Notes under the pieces: model-generated
Seen by the model: the letters and a program-made list of their open reading frames with translations, nothing else
The model's database searches: none
Told to the model about the DNA's origin: nothing
From: Patescibacteria group bacterium
GTDB taxonomy: Bacteria > Patescibacteriota > Patescibacteriia > Patescibacteriales > JAQTRU01
Length of the DNA stretch: 64,000 bases
Assembly (NCBI GenBank): GCA_028716725.1
Contig: JAQUPG010000002.1
Location: 25,824-89,823, forward strand
Direction: 5' to 3'
In this document: positions 27,200 to 36,905 of the stretch, piece after piece
How the letters are laid out: every line of letters starts with the position of its first letter
Position numbering within the stretch: position 1 is the stretch's first letter
Made by a program: the position numbers and the translations under genes

Positions 27200-27970
27200 A
27201 TGGCAAAAATTTTTATGGTTCATGGGTTATCCGGCAATAAAGACGTCTGGGGAAAAATTATTTTTTCCTTTAAAAACCTCTTTGAATGTGTTGCCATTAC
27301 CCTTCCGAAGAGGAAAAAACTGACGGAAAAGCCCAGCCCCGGCTTAGGGGAAGTGGCTACATGGGATGACCTCGATTTTCTGCTTGAGGAAGTAGGCAAA
27401 ATCAAAGAGAGTCTGTCGCCGGGAGAACTTTTCATAGGCATGGGCCATTCCCGCGGCGCTCTCTTGATACTCAAACTCCAACAATTTTTTGCCGAAAAGG
27501 GAGAAAAACTCTTTGACAAGATTGTCCTGATAACTCCGGCCGCACCCAAGGGAATAAAAATAATCAGCTTGCCGGTCCTGATAAGCCTGGCCGGCATTAC
27601 TCCTAAATGGTGCTTCTGGAAAAGGCCGGTCCGACGCAGTTTTTCTTGCGCTGCCTATTCGGTTCTGGACGAAAGAATGCCGGAAAAAGACCAAAGAGCT
27701 ATCTTTGAAGGGTTTTCCTGGGAATCGGGCCAGGTGGTGGCCGAAACCCTAACTTCCCCGATAGAAATTGACCAGAAAAAAATAACCTGCCCGGTTCTGG
27801 TTATTGCCGGCTCAAGAGACAGAATGGTCCCTCCTGATAAGGTAAGGCAAATTGCCGCCTTATTTGAGAAAAGTCGTTATCGTGAAGTTGATGGCCCTCA
27901 TTTTCTTCTTAAAGGGCCTGCCCACATGCCCCTTTGCCTAATCATCCGTGATTGGATTTGGGAAAAATAA
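27200..27970 (+). CDS. Alpha/beta hydrolase
   Basis: MVHGL, GHSRG nucleophile elbow, GSRDRMV Asp, GPH His; AAGGAG SD. Confidence 0.9.
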   Translation: MAKIFMVHGLSGNKDVWGKIIFSFKNLFECVAITLPKRKKLTEKPSPGLGEVATWDDLDFLLEEVGKIKESLSPGELFIGMGHSRGALLILKLQQFFAEKGEKLFDKIVLITPAAPKGIKIISLPVLISLAGITPKWCFWKRPVRRSFSCAAYSVLDERMPEKDQRAIFEGFSWESGQVVAETLTSPIEIDQKKITCPVLVIAGSRDRMVPPDKVRQIAALFEKSRYREVDGPHFLLKGPAHMPLCLIIRDWIWEK

Positions 27971-27984
27971 CACAGATAACAAAA

Positions 27985-28019
27985 CCCCTCTCGCTTACCA
28001 ACGAGAGGGGAATTTTTTT
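27985..28019 (+). terminator. Intrinsic terminator
   Basis: CCCCTCTCG-loop-CGAGAGGGG then T tract. Confidence 0.75.
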
Positions 28020-28032
28020 ATTTTAAATTTTT

Positions 28033-29199
28033 TTATTTTCTTATTTCATCCATTAACTCCATATAAAATTCCAAATTATTCAGACTCGCCAGTTTTGCTC
28101 CCAATGGCTCCCTTAATTTAAACAAGTGATGCAAATAAGCTTTGGAGTAATTGCGCAGTTCCGGCAGTTTGCTTTCCGAATTAATCGGACTAAAATCTCT
28201 AGCAAATTTAGCATTATTAATATTGACCGTCCGATAAAAATCTTTTGACATTTGCCTGCCCGCCGTAGCCTTGGCGAAGGCGGGGAATTTAGAATTTCTC
28301 TTCCAAAGGAAGAGTTTTCCATGCCTTCCTTCTCTTGTCGGAATTACGCAATCAAAAATATCCCAACCCATTTCTGCTGCCCGGACAATATCTTCCGGCA
28401 GGCCTATGCCCAGGCCAAAACGGATAGAATCTTTCGGGATTAAATCAGCCGTGAATTGCAAGACTTTTCCTAAAAACCTCCCGTCCTTATCAATTGGCCG
28501 GGCGCCGAAACCATAACCGTCAAACCCGATTTTTATCAATCCTTCCGCGCATTTTTTTCTTAAATCCAGTTCGGCTCCGCCCTGGATAACGCTAAAGAGT
28601 AACGGCCTCTCCCCTACTTTCATCTTCCTCCCCTTAACTTGCCTGTCATATTCCGCCCGGCACCTGGCGGCCCAGCTAATTGTGCGCTCTACTGATTTTT
28701 CTAAATCTTTTCGGCTAAATTCATTCGGCGGGCAATCATCCAAACAGACCATCATATCAACTCCTAAATCAAACTGGATTTGGATGGATTTTTCCGGAGT
28801 TAGCTCATGAGAAGAGCCGTCCAAAGGAGATTTAAAAATTACCCCCTTATCGCTTATCTTACCCATAGCCGGCTTCTTATGGACTAAGGAAAAAACCTGA
28901 AAGCCGCCACTGTCAGACAAAATCGGCCCGGACCAATTCATGAACTTATGGATGCCACCTTGCCTCGCCGAAGTACCACGAAGGCGGGTGGTTTTTTTTA
29001 TAATTTTCATCCCCGGCTGCAAATAAAGATGCAACGTGTTAACTACTAGGGCCTTAACCCCCATATTTTTTAGTTCTTCATTATCGGTAAGCTTAACAAA
29101 CCCCCTGGTCGCATCCGGCATAAAAAAAGGAGTCCTAATGCTCCCATGCGGTGTTTTTATTATTTTAGACTTTCCTCTTTTTATCCCCATTTCGTTCAT
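28033..29199 (-). CDS. tgt: tRNA-guanine transglycosylase
   Basis: TPFFMP, DSGGFQVFS, LDDCP, IQGG, FDCVIPTREGRHG, YSKAYLHHL. Confidence 0.95.
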   Translation of the reverse strand: MNEMGIKRGKSKIIKTPHGSIRTPFFMPDATRGFVKLTDNEELKNMGVKALVVNTLHLYLQPGMKIIKKTTRLRGTSARQGGIHKFMNWSGPILSDSGGFQVFSLVHKKPAMGKISDKGVIFKSPLDGSSHELTPEKSIQIQFDLGVDMMVCLDDCPPNEFSRKDLEKSVERTISWAARCRAEYDRQVKGRKMKVGERPLLFSVIQGGAELDLRKKCAEGLIKIGFDGYGFGARPIDKDGRFLGKVLQFTADLIPKDSIRFGLGIGLPEDIVRAAEMGWDIFDCVIPTREGRHGKLFLWKRNSKFPAFAKATAGRQMSKDFYRTVNINNAKFARDFSPINSESKLPELRNYSKAYLHHLFKLREPLGAKLASLNNLEFYMELMDEIRK

Positions 29200-29206
29200 A
29201 ATATAT

Positions 29207-29330
29207 AAATTACAAATCCAAAATTATAAATTACAAATAATTTCAAAACTCTAAATTCAAAACTGTTTTGGATTTATGATTTTGGTCATTGTAATTTATT
29301 TGGAATTTGTGATTTTGAATTTTGGATTTT
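29207..29330. repeat. Inverted degenerate heptamer tract
   Basis: AAATTAC/AAATCCA units followed by GTAATTT/TGGATTT units. Confidence 0.8.
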
Positions 29331-29331
29331 T

Positions 29332-31329
29332 CTATTCTACCCGTCCATCGCTGCTCATCCCGGCAATATCGTCATCTTCCAGTTTTGTGGTCTTAGCTTT
29401 TGCCGTGGCCGTAATATTACCCTGCGTTTCATTATCAACCGCCGTCACGCGAGCCTCGGGCAGCAGGACCATAATTCTATTTTTATCAGAATCTGCCGGC
29501 GTAATGCTTATGTTAAATTCGGCATCAGCCCGATAAACCGTAATCGGCAGCCGGCCGATCTGCCAGGTAACTTTCCGGGAATCGCTGTCATAACTAACAA
29601 CGCCGACCGAAGCCCGGTTCTTATTATCCCAATTTACATCTTCCGGCAGGCTGACTTCCACTTTTGCGTCATTCAGCTCATGCAAATTATTGGCCAGCGT
29701 CCAATAAACTTTAAAGCTCGTTGTTTCCCCGACTTTGGGCGGAAGCGGCCCGTTGCCGACCGGCACGTTGTCAGCGCTGAAATATCTCACTTCTTCTTTT
29801 AAAGACAAATCGCTGTTGATTTTATTAATAATCGTATTGCTGCGGTTATCAAGGTTTTCTTTAAATTCTTCGCTATTGCCGATGCTGAACTGGACATAGC
29901 TCTTTATCTGAAAGCTCCGGCTCGCCTTGGCCGTCGCCTCCTCCAGGGAAACAATATCAACGGAAAAATCTATTACCCTTTCTTTATTCGGCTCTAACTC
30001 GGCCAAAGCCGGGATTTCTTCTTTTGTCCAGGTAAGGGAATTGCCTCTTTCCTGCCCGTTATTTTCTTCTTTCAAAGTTTTCCAATTAAGGAAATCACTT
30101 TCCAAAACCGCCATTAGCACCACGTCTTTCATGCTGGTTTCGCCTTTGTTATTATAAACAAGAGAATAATTAAGCCGGTCGCCGAAATTTACCGCCTGGT
30201 CGTTTTTTGAGCCGTTTATAATTAAAGTCAGATTTAAATCGCTTTTCATTACCTCAATTTTAATTTTCTTCTCCAGAAAAGAGCGGGTTTTATCGTCTTC
30301 CGCTAAATTCTCAAAGCGCATGATAATTTCCTGCTCATCCGCGATTTTTTTGCTTAATTTATATTTTATTTTAAATTCCTGTTCTTCCTTCCCGATCTCG
30401 CTTACGTTATAAACGCCGGGCCTGACTTTTTCTATTTTTAAGTTCTGGTCCGCCTTATTTTCTTTCGCTTCCACGGCGGCGACGGAAATAATTTCCATAT
30501 TCTCCAAAGGATCAACGGTTAATTTAAACTGAGGCAGAAAATTATTTTCCTTAAGCCTAACTTTCACGGCAATCTCGCTTTCCTGCCCGACCAAGACGGA
30601 CGAAGAATAATCAAAATTTATGTCCAGCCCTATGTCTTCAACGGAAAAAGTGTGCGAGGCCTCTTTTTTAAATTCCGAAGAAAAATTTTCCGGGGTATAA
30701 GTTATCTTCGCCAGCAATACATTGCTGGTCTCTTTCTGATTAACTATTTTCCCTTTTATCTTTATCTCGCCGCTTTCCCCGGTCGCCAGGGTGTCAAATT
30801 TCCAGACCGAATCTTTTTCCGACGCCTTAGGCTGGCTGTCTAAAAATATAAAATTATCCGGATAAGTAACTTCAACCCTAACTTGGTTGGCATTGGCCCG
30901 GCTTAAATTTTTATAAGTTAAGGTGCAGAAAAACTCCTCCCCGGCAATAACTTTTTCCGGAGCGGAAACGGATAAATCCAAAGCGGTGGCGTCAGAACCG
31001 CCGCGAAAAATATAATAATAAAACCCGTAACCCAAGCCGGCGAAAATCGCCAGTAAAAATATAAGATTAAGCATCTTAAAGAAAAACCCGCGCTTCTTTT
31101 TTATGTTGAGCTTCATAACATCCACGATATCGCCCTTTTCGTCCTGATAAATTTCCGACAAACTCTCGTCAATTTCTCCTTCCCGCGCCTCTTCATGAAC
31201 CGCTTCTTCAAACTCTTCAATTTCATCGTCAGTCGGCAAAGGCCGTTTTACAAATTCCGACAAGCCGGAATTGCCGTTCCTTACTTTTATTTTTCCGTTA
31301 AAACCGTTATTTTTGTTTATGTTTGGCAT
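29332..31329 (-). CDS. Single-pass membrane protein with repeated Ig-like (DUF11-like) domains
   Basis: One TM helix near aa 85-108; repeated V.G....Y.L.Y.N beta-rich units; GPLPPKVGETT. Confidence 0.75.
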   Translation of the reverse strand: MPNINKNNGFNGKIKVRNGNSGLSEFVKRPLPTDDEIEEFEEAVHEEAREGEIDESLSEIYQDEKGDIVDVMKLNIKKKRGFFFKMLNLIFLLAIFAGLGYGFYYYIFRGGSDATALDLSVSAPEKVIAGEEFFCTLTYKNLSRANANQVRVEVTYPDNFIFLDSQPKASEKDSVWKFDTLATGESGEIKIKGKIVNQKETSNVLLAKITYTPENFSSEFKKEASHTFSVEDIGLDINFDYSSSVLVGQESEIAVKVRLKENNFLPQFKLTVDPLENMEIISVAAVEAKENKADQNLKIEKVRPGVYNVSEIGKEEQEFKIKYKLSKKIADEQEIIMRFENLAEDDKTRSFLEKKIKIEVMKSDLNLTLIINGSKNDQAVNFGDRLNYSLVYNNKGETSMKDVVLMAVLESDFLNWKTLKEENNGQERGNSLTWTKEEIPALAELEPNKERVIDFSVDIVSLEEATAKASRSFQIKSYVQFSIGNSEEFKENLDNRSNTIINKINSDLSLKEEVRYFSADNVPVGNGPLPPKVGETTSFKVYWTLANNLHELNDAKVEVSLPEDVNWDNKNRASVGVVSYDSDSRKVTWQIGRLPITVYRADAEFNISITPADSDKNRIMVLLPEARVTAVDNETQGNITATAKAKTTKLEDDDIAGMSSDGRVE

Positions 31330-31362
31330 AATAATATAAAAATTTAAAATATCATCTTTTTA

Positions 31363-31456
31363 TACCCTCCTTCTAAAGGAGGGTAGGGGGTTAATAAAGC
31401 GAACGATTATTTTTCACTTCTTTAAAACCCCCTTAATCCCCCTTTACAAGGGGGAC
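31363..31456. repeat. Inverted pair of family C-like palindromes (REPIN-like)
   Basis: TACCCTCCTTCTAAAGGAGGGTAGGGGGTT ... AACCCCCTTAATCCCCCTTTACAAGGGGGA. Confidence 0.7.
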
Positions 31457-31488
31457 AATTTATTATTGTCATTTTTATTTTTGATTTT

Positions 31489-34452
31489 TTAATTTTGATT
31501 TTCTAACATCACCGCCCAATACTTATCAATATCTAATTTATCACTTACATACCAGCCTGCCTGCGCAGACAGGCCATTGGGCATTAAAGGCAGACTGGCC
31601 GGGTATTTCCAGACTATTTTAAAATTATCAGGCAATTTTAAGCTGGTATTAATCTCACTTCCCAAAGAGCCCGCCTGCTTTTGCGCAAATAAAGTATAGG
31701 GCATAAGCTGTTTTTGCCCCGGGTTAAGAAGCGCTTTTATTTTATCAATAAAACCATCTCCCCTTTCTTCTTCTTTTAAAATAAACGGTAGTTTGTATTT
31801 TAAATAAATCGTGGCGGTTTTTCCCGGGTCAACCATCGACCAATTGGCAAAAACGGTTTTCCCGCTCTCGCCGTATATTTTCGTGCCGCTCGCTTCGTCG
31901 GTCTTAGCGGTTGTTTCTTCCTGGTAAACCAAGGGGTCTTTCGCCCATCCATCTTCCGGTTCCTCAAAATAAATCGGGTCAGGCTGGCTAAAGCCCTGGG
32001 CTTCTAAAAGCTCACTTCCCAAAGGGACATAAACTCTTAGCCAGTCTACATTCCTTACCCCGGCGAAGGGCTCATTTTTTATCCCTTCGTGGCTTCTTTC
32101 TATTTTTAAAGTATTGATTACGGAGCCGTTGGGCATAATTTCCGTTACCAAATTTATTTTCTCTTTTATCCTTTTGTCGCTCTTGCCGCCGGCAATATTG
32201 GTATTAATAACCGACAAATAATCTTTCCCTGTTTCCCTGATTTTTCCGTCCCAGCCCCGGGCTTCTATTTCTTTCTGCAGCTCCTCGTCGGTAAAATAAA
32301 ATAAGATATGTTTTTCTTCCAAACTTTCCTGCGCCAGAGCCAAAAGTTTTATTAGCTTGTCCTTATTTAAGTCGGAAGGCAAATCTCCAATAATTTTATC
32401 AAGCAAATCTCCGATAATTTTTTTCGGCTGGTTGGCTTCTCCGGCGGTGGGCTTGGCTTCAACGATCGTCTGGGTCGTAAGCCAAAAATTTTCCGCGGTT
32501 AAAGTCACGCCGTAATCGGCCGTCATATCAATCGGGCCGGTTATGGCCAGCAGTTTCTCTAAGACCGTCGGCGTAAAACTGATAACGCCGTCAACCGTCG
32601 GCCCGTCGCTTTTTTCATAAAACCACATCAATTCTTTGGCCGAGGTCGGCCAATCCGGCCACCAATTGGCATCCCAAAAATGCCACAAAGGGTTAACCAG
32701 ATGCAAAGGTCCCGGCGCCGTTACTAATTCCTTAAGGCCCCCTTCCGTATCGTAGCTGCCTCCGCCCGGCGCTTCTATATTTTTTATTTTCCCGCCGGCC
32801 ATGTCAACCAGGGCGAAACTTCCGATAAAGCCGCCCGAAGCTCTCATTTCCGCGTTGTTCTGGAAAACCAACAAATACCGCTTATCCTGGTTGGTTCCCA
32901 AAAAAGTTCCCAGCTTGTCCATTAAACCAACAAATTCCGCCAGCCCTTTTTCTAAAATTTCTGTCTTTTCCTGTAAAAATAAAAATTTATCTTTATACTC
33001 ATCGGGCAGGGCGTTTATATCAATTTCTTTCAATTTATTGTTTAAATCGGCGGCTTCGTCGGCGGTTATCTTCCCATACTTAATAAAGCTGTTTATCATC
33101 TCTGGAATATCCGTACCTTTATTCTCAAACAGGCTTTGCATCGCCAAGCTCAAATTTCCGCCCAAACTTGAAGTGACCTGCCCGGCGTCTAAAATTTTCT
33201 TGCTCTCTCCCGCTAATTTTATTCCCCCTCCGGGCGCTAAAGAAGCCAAAGAAAAAAACACATCATTTATTTCCGCTACCTGCTTTTGCGCCTCTAAAAA
33301 ATTTTCGCCGGCTTTGGAAAAATTATCGCTGGCCTCGCCGAAATTAAGCTGGGCGGCCGACTGCGAAGCCGTGGATAAGTCGCCCAGAGCGGCTTCAGAC
33401 GCGCCCAATATTTTGCCTTTGAGTTTGTCCAGATCAAGAGATTTATAATAAGCAAAAATTTTAAAAGGCAAAACTAAAATTAATAGAACTAAAGCAAAGC
33501 CCAAAACCGAACGCCTCCAGGTAAATTTTGCTTTCACCCCGTTAGAAGAAGGCAATTCTCTAACAGGGCCTATTGGCATCTCTGCTTTTTTTTCTTTATA
33601 ATTATTTTCCAGCCGCTGGCTAATTACCGCCTTCTCCCTCCTTATGCTTTCCGCCATGATCCCCGCTTTTACCCCGTTAGAAAAGAGCCTTTGATAAAAT
33701 CGGAAGTATAATTCTTTCACTGTCTGCGGCTTATAGCCACCGAAAAGAGGCACATTTCTAATGGGGTTTTCCAGCGACCCGTTCCACCCTATTTTTAAAT
33801 TCTTTGATGATAAAAGGATAAATTTTCTTATTGCCTCAAAAATATCTTTAACAAAATCCCTGAAATTTACATACAAAAATTGGCTGATAAACTTAAGGCC
33901 TAAACAAAATTTATAGACAGCTAAACAGGCTAAACCGGCAAGTTCATAAAGAACAAGGCCAAAAAACCGGATTAAAAATAAAACCAGCCAGCCAAGGCGA
34001 TAGCAAAATTTGTAAAAACTTTCAATTATTTTAAAAAGAATGGCGAGAATAAATTTAATTAAACTAAAAAAGGCCAGCTGTTTTAATTTCGGGCTGTAAA
34101 TATCAAGCCATTCAAACGCTAACTTAGAGCCGGCGATTAAAGACTCTTTTGTTTCCGGAGGCATTTTACTGACCGCCAATAATTTCCCGGCGCCGGTAGC
34201 AATATTGGCTTTATCCTGGCGGCAGCTATTAAAAAAATCAGAAAAATCTTTCTTTAAGCTCCTGCCCTTTTCAAAAAACTCCTTAAAATCAAACTCCTCC
34301 AGTTTTGTAAAAAAATCGCTGGAATAAATTTCTTTCTTCTCTTTATTACCTGATTCTTCCTCTTCGGCCGCCTTTTTTAAATCAACCACAAAACGGGAAG
34401 ACCGGTCTTCCTTTTTGACTGATAAAATGTTTTGTTTTTCGTCTCTGGGCAT
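31489..34452 (-). CDS. DUF4012 domain membrane protein
   Basis: YLLVFQNNAEMRASGGFIGS, DANWWPDWPTSA, NIAGGKSD, WLRVYVPLGS. Confidence 0.9.
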   Translation of the reverse strand: MPRDEKQNILSVKKEDRSSRFVVDLKKAAEEEESGNKEKKEIYSSDFFTKLEEFDFKEFFEKGRSLKKDFSDFFNSCRQDKANIATGAGKLLAVSKMPPETKESLIAGSKLAFEWLDIYSPKLKQLAFFSLIKFILAILFKIIESFYKFCYRLGWLVLFLIRFFGLVLYELAGLACLAVYKFCLGLKFISQFLYVNFRDFVKDIFEAIRKFILLSSKNLKIGWNGSLENPIRNVPLFGGYKPQTVKELYFRFYQRLFSNGVKAGIMAESIRREKAVISQRLENNYKEKKAEMPIGPVRELPSSNGVKAKFTWRRSVLGFALVLLILVLPFKIFAYYKSLDLDKLKGKILGASEAALGDLSTASQSAAQLNFGEASDNFSKAGENFLEAQKQVAEINDVFFSLASLAPGGGIKLAGESKKILDAGQVTSSLGGNLSLAMQSLFENKGTDIPEMINSFIKYGKITADEAADLNNKLKEIDINALPDEYKDKFLFLQEKTEILEKGLAEFVGLMDKLGTFLGTNQDKRYLLVFQNNAEMRASGGFIGSFALVDMAGGKIKNIEAPGGGSYDTEGGLKELVTAPGPLHLVNPLWHFWDANWWPDWPTSAKELMWFYEKSDGPTVDGVISFTPTVLEKLLAITGPIDMTADYGVTLTAENFWLTTQTIVEAKPTAGEANQPKKIIGDLLDKIIGDLPSDLNKDKLIKLLALAQESLEEKHILFYFTDEELQKEIEARGWDGKIRETGKDYLSVINTNIAGGKSDKRIKEKINLVTEIMPNGSVINTLKIERSHEGIKNEPFAGVRNVDWLRVYVPLGSELLEAQGFSQPDPIYFEEPEDGWAKDPLVYQEETTAKTDEASGTKIYGESGKTVFANWSMVDPGKTATIYLKYKLPFILKEEERGDGFIDKIKALLNPGQKQLMPYTLFAQKQAGSLGSEINTSLKLPDNFKIVWKYPASLPLMPNGLSAQAGWYVSDKLDIDKYWAVMLENQN
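33537..33568. mobile_element. Family A element, degenerate, in frame in the DUF4012 gene
   Basis: CCCCGTTAGA...TCTAACAGGG, 32 bp; encodes PVRELPSSNGV. Confidence 0.65.
33672..33766. mobile_element. Family A element in frame in the DUF4012 gene
   Basis: CCCCGTTAGAAA...TTTCTAATGGGG, 95 bp, flanks TTTA/TTTT; encodes PIRN...FSNGV. Confidence 0.8.
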
Positions 34453-34460
34453 TTTTATTT

Positions 34461-35627
34461 TTAATTTTTAAAAACCTTTTCATAAACCCCCAAAGTCTCC
34501 TTTGCGCATTTCTCCCAACTATATTTCTTTACTTGCTCATAGCCCTTTTTTACTAATTCCTGCCGCAAATTTTTATCCTCTATAATTTTCTCAATTTGTT
34601 TTATCATCTCTCCTTCATCTTCCGGGTTAAAATAAATCGCCGCTTGGCCTAAAATTTCCGGCAAACTGGATTTATTGGAACTTATAACCGGACAGCCGCA
34701 AGCCATGGCTTCCAAGGGCGGCAAACCAAAACCCTCATAAAAGGAAGGAAAAACATAAGCTAAGGCCTGGCTGTACAAAATTTTTAAGTTTTCATCAGGC
34801 ACAAAGCCGGGAAAAATCACCGGACTTTCTTTGTCCCAATATTTTCTAGAAAATTCCTCTACCCGTTTATAAAAATAATCCTGCCTGCCCACTAAAACTA
34901 AACTTAAATCAGGCCTTTTTCCGTGGATAACGGAAAAAACCTTAACCAACCCTTCTAAATTCTTGTGGGGGTAAGCATTGCCCACATAAAGTAAGAAGGG
35001 GCTGCCTATATTATAACCCAAAAAAGTTTCTTTGTCATGGGAAAAATCACTTAATTTCTTATTGAGCAAACCGGAAACCCCTTCATAAGTAACCACCACT
35101 TTGCCCGGCTTGATTTTAAACTGCCTGGCAATATCATCTTTAGTGAATTGCGAAACGGCAATAACGGCCCTCGCTCTTCTTACGGCCAGCCAGATAACGA
35201 TCCGATAAATCCTATTTTTCAATTTATAAAAAAGCGGGCTTAAAGTCGTGGCCCGGATTGTCGGGAATTTAGTTAAAATTAAATCATGGATAGTAACGAC
35301 AAATTTAACCGGCGTTAAAATCGGCACGTTAAAATGGGGAAAATGCATTAAATCCAAACGCGCTTGCCAGATTAAATAAGGCATAATAATCTGCTCGGCC
35401 AAAGTATACCAGTGCACGTCGGCCAAAACCTTTTTTACTTTCGGATTATTGGGAATAAACTCATCAAAATTTTCCTTGCTTAAAAAAACTATATATTCAT
35501 TTTCCTTGTCTAAAACCACTACCCTGTCCACAACCTCTTTTGTATACCGGCCCAAGCCCTTGCCAATCGGGCCATAAAAACGGGCGTCAATCCCAATGCG
35601 CTTTATTTTTCCTTTATTTTTTCGCAT
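34461..35627 (-). CDS. Glycosyltransferase family 4
   Basis: IGIDARFYG, TIHDLI, YPHKNL, PSFYEGFGLPPLEAMACG. Confidence 0.95.
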   Translation of the reverse strand: MRKNKGKIKRIGIDARFYGPIGKGLGRYTKEVVDRVVVLDKENEYIVFLSKENFDEFIPNNPKVKKVLADVHWYTLAEQIIMPYLIWQARLDLMHFPHFNVPILTPVKFVVTIHDLILTKFPTIRATTLSPLFYKLKNRIYRIVIWLAVRRARAVIAVSQFTKDDIARQFKIKPGKVVVTYEGVSGLLNKKLSDFSHDKETFLGYNIGSPFLLYVGNAYPHKNLEGLVKVFSVIHGKRPDLSLVLVGRQDYFYKRVEEFSRKYWDKESPVIFPGFVPDENLKILYSQALAYVFPSFYEGFGLPPLEAMACGCPVISSNKSSLPEILGQAAIYFNPEDEGEMIKQIEKIIEDKNLRQELVKKGYEQVKKYSWEKCAKETLGVYEKVFKN

Positions 35628-35723
35628 ATCTATATTATAGCACAAAATAAAATGAATGCTCTCTTATTTGAACATTCATTTTTTACTAAATATATACAAA
35701 TAAATATCCTTAAAAATCACCAA

Positions 35724-35870
35724 GGGGTTCGGGGGCCAAACCCCGCAATACTGGGGGGCAGGCTGAGCTAAGAATTGCTTGCCCGCCGAAGCTTTAGCGG
35801 AGGCGGGAGGCCCCCGAAACTTCCTGCCTGCCGGCAGGCAGGTTGCTTACTTTTGGTTACAAAAGTAAGT
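35724..35870. repeat. Composite/nested palindromic repeat cluster
   Basis: Includes CCCGCCGAAGCTTTAGCGGAGGCGGG (35782-35807), CCTGCCTGCCGGCAGGCAGG (35823-35842) and CTTACTTTTG..CAAAAGTAAG. Confidence 0.8.
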
Positions 35871-35886
35871 CCAAGCGAAGCATTTT

Positions 35887-36765
35887 TTATTTTACTTTGT
35901 TCATAATATTCTCCAACTCTTCATCGCTAAAAAAACTGACCACAACCAGCCCGCCCTTTCCTTTTCGCTTAATTTCCACTTTCGTGCCGAAAAATTCCCG
36001 CAAGGAAAATTCCCGGTCTTTATCCGCGTAATCAATCTTAACCCGCGCCTGTTTTGTCCCGCCCATCTTTTTCGCTTCGCTGTCCGTATCCCGAACCGTT
36101 AAATTATGGCGAAGTATTTTTTTAAACAAAGCCAACTGCTTGGCCTGGCCGTCAAGGCCCATTAAATATTTGGCATGCCCTTCGCTGATTTTTCCTTCCA
36201 CTAAAGCCTGCTGGATTTCTTCCGGCAGATTAAGAAAGCGCAGGCAATTGGATATGGCCGACCTGGACTTCCCCACCCTTTTCGCCACTTCTTCCTGCGT
36301 CAGGTTAAATTCATCCGCTAATTTTTTATAAGCCAAAGCCGCCTCAATCGGATTTAAGTCTTCCCTTTGCAGGTTTTCCACTAAAGCCATTTCCAGTTTT
36401 CTCTGGCTAGAAGCGTCGCGGACAATAACCGGAACTTTTGTTAAGCCCACTTGTTTGGCCGCCCGAAGGCGCCTTTCCCCGGCAATAAGCTCGTATTTAT
36501 CGCCGGCTCTGGTAACTATCAAGGGCTGAATAATGCCATATTCTTTTATTGATTCAACCAATTCGTCCATATTAAAATCACTGAATTGGCTTCGCGGCTG
36601 CATCGGATTAACCTCAATCCTGCCCGGGTCTACCTCCAGCACCTTGCCCCGGTCGTCTTCGGAAGTAACATCAACCACGCTTATTCCCTCCTCGGGCAAA
36701 GCGTCTATTTTTTTTATTTTTTGCGGTATCAGGGAACCAAGCCCCCGTCCAAGTCCGTTAGGCAT
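35887..36765 (-). CDS. parB: Chromosome partitioning protein ParB
   Basis: GLGRGLGSLI, NPMQPR, IAGERRLRAA, ENLQREDLNPIE, HTH. Confidence 0.97.
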   Translation of the reverse strand: MPNGLGRGLGSLIPQKIKKIDALPEEGISVVDVTSEDDRGKVLEVDPGRIEVNPMQPRSQFSDFNMDELVESIKEYGIIQPLIVTRAGDKYELIAGERRLRAAKQVGLTKVPVIVRDASSQRKLEMALVENLQREDLNPIEAALAYKKLADEFNLTQEEVAKRVGKSRSAISNCLRFLNLPEEIQQALVEGKISEGHAKYLMGLDGQAKQLALFKKILRHNLTVRDTDSEAKKMGGTKQARVKIDYADKDREFSLREFFGTKVEIKRKGKGGLVVVSFFSDEELENIMNKVK

Positions 36766-36770
36766 AGAAA

Positions 36771-36905
36771 TAATTTAAAATTTAAAAATCAAAATGTAAA
36801 ATTAAGGTATCGCGCTGCGCTCGCCTCGCTGAAGCTTCGGCGAAGCGGGCGCGATGAATTTTTAATTTTAAATTGTCATTTTGATTTTTGATTTTTACAT
36901 TTTTA
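36771..36905. repeat. Heptamer arms flanking a GC-rich palindromic core
   Basis: AAAATTT/AAAAATC arm, core ATCGCGC...GCGCGAT (36809-36855), GATTTTT arm. Confidence 0.8.
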
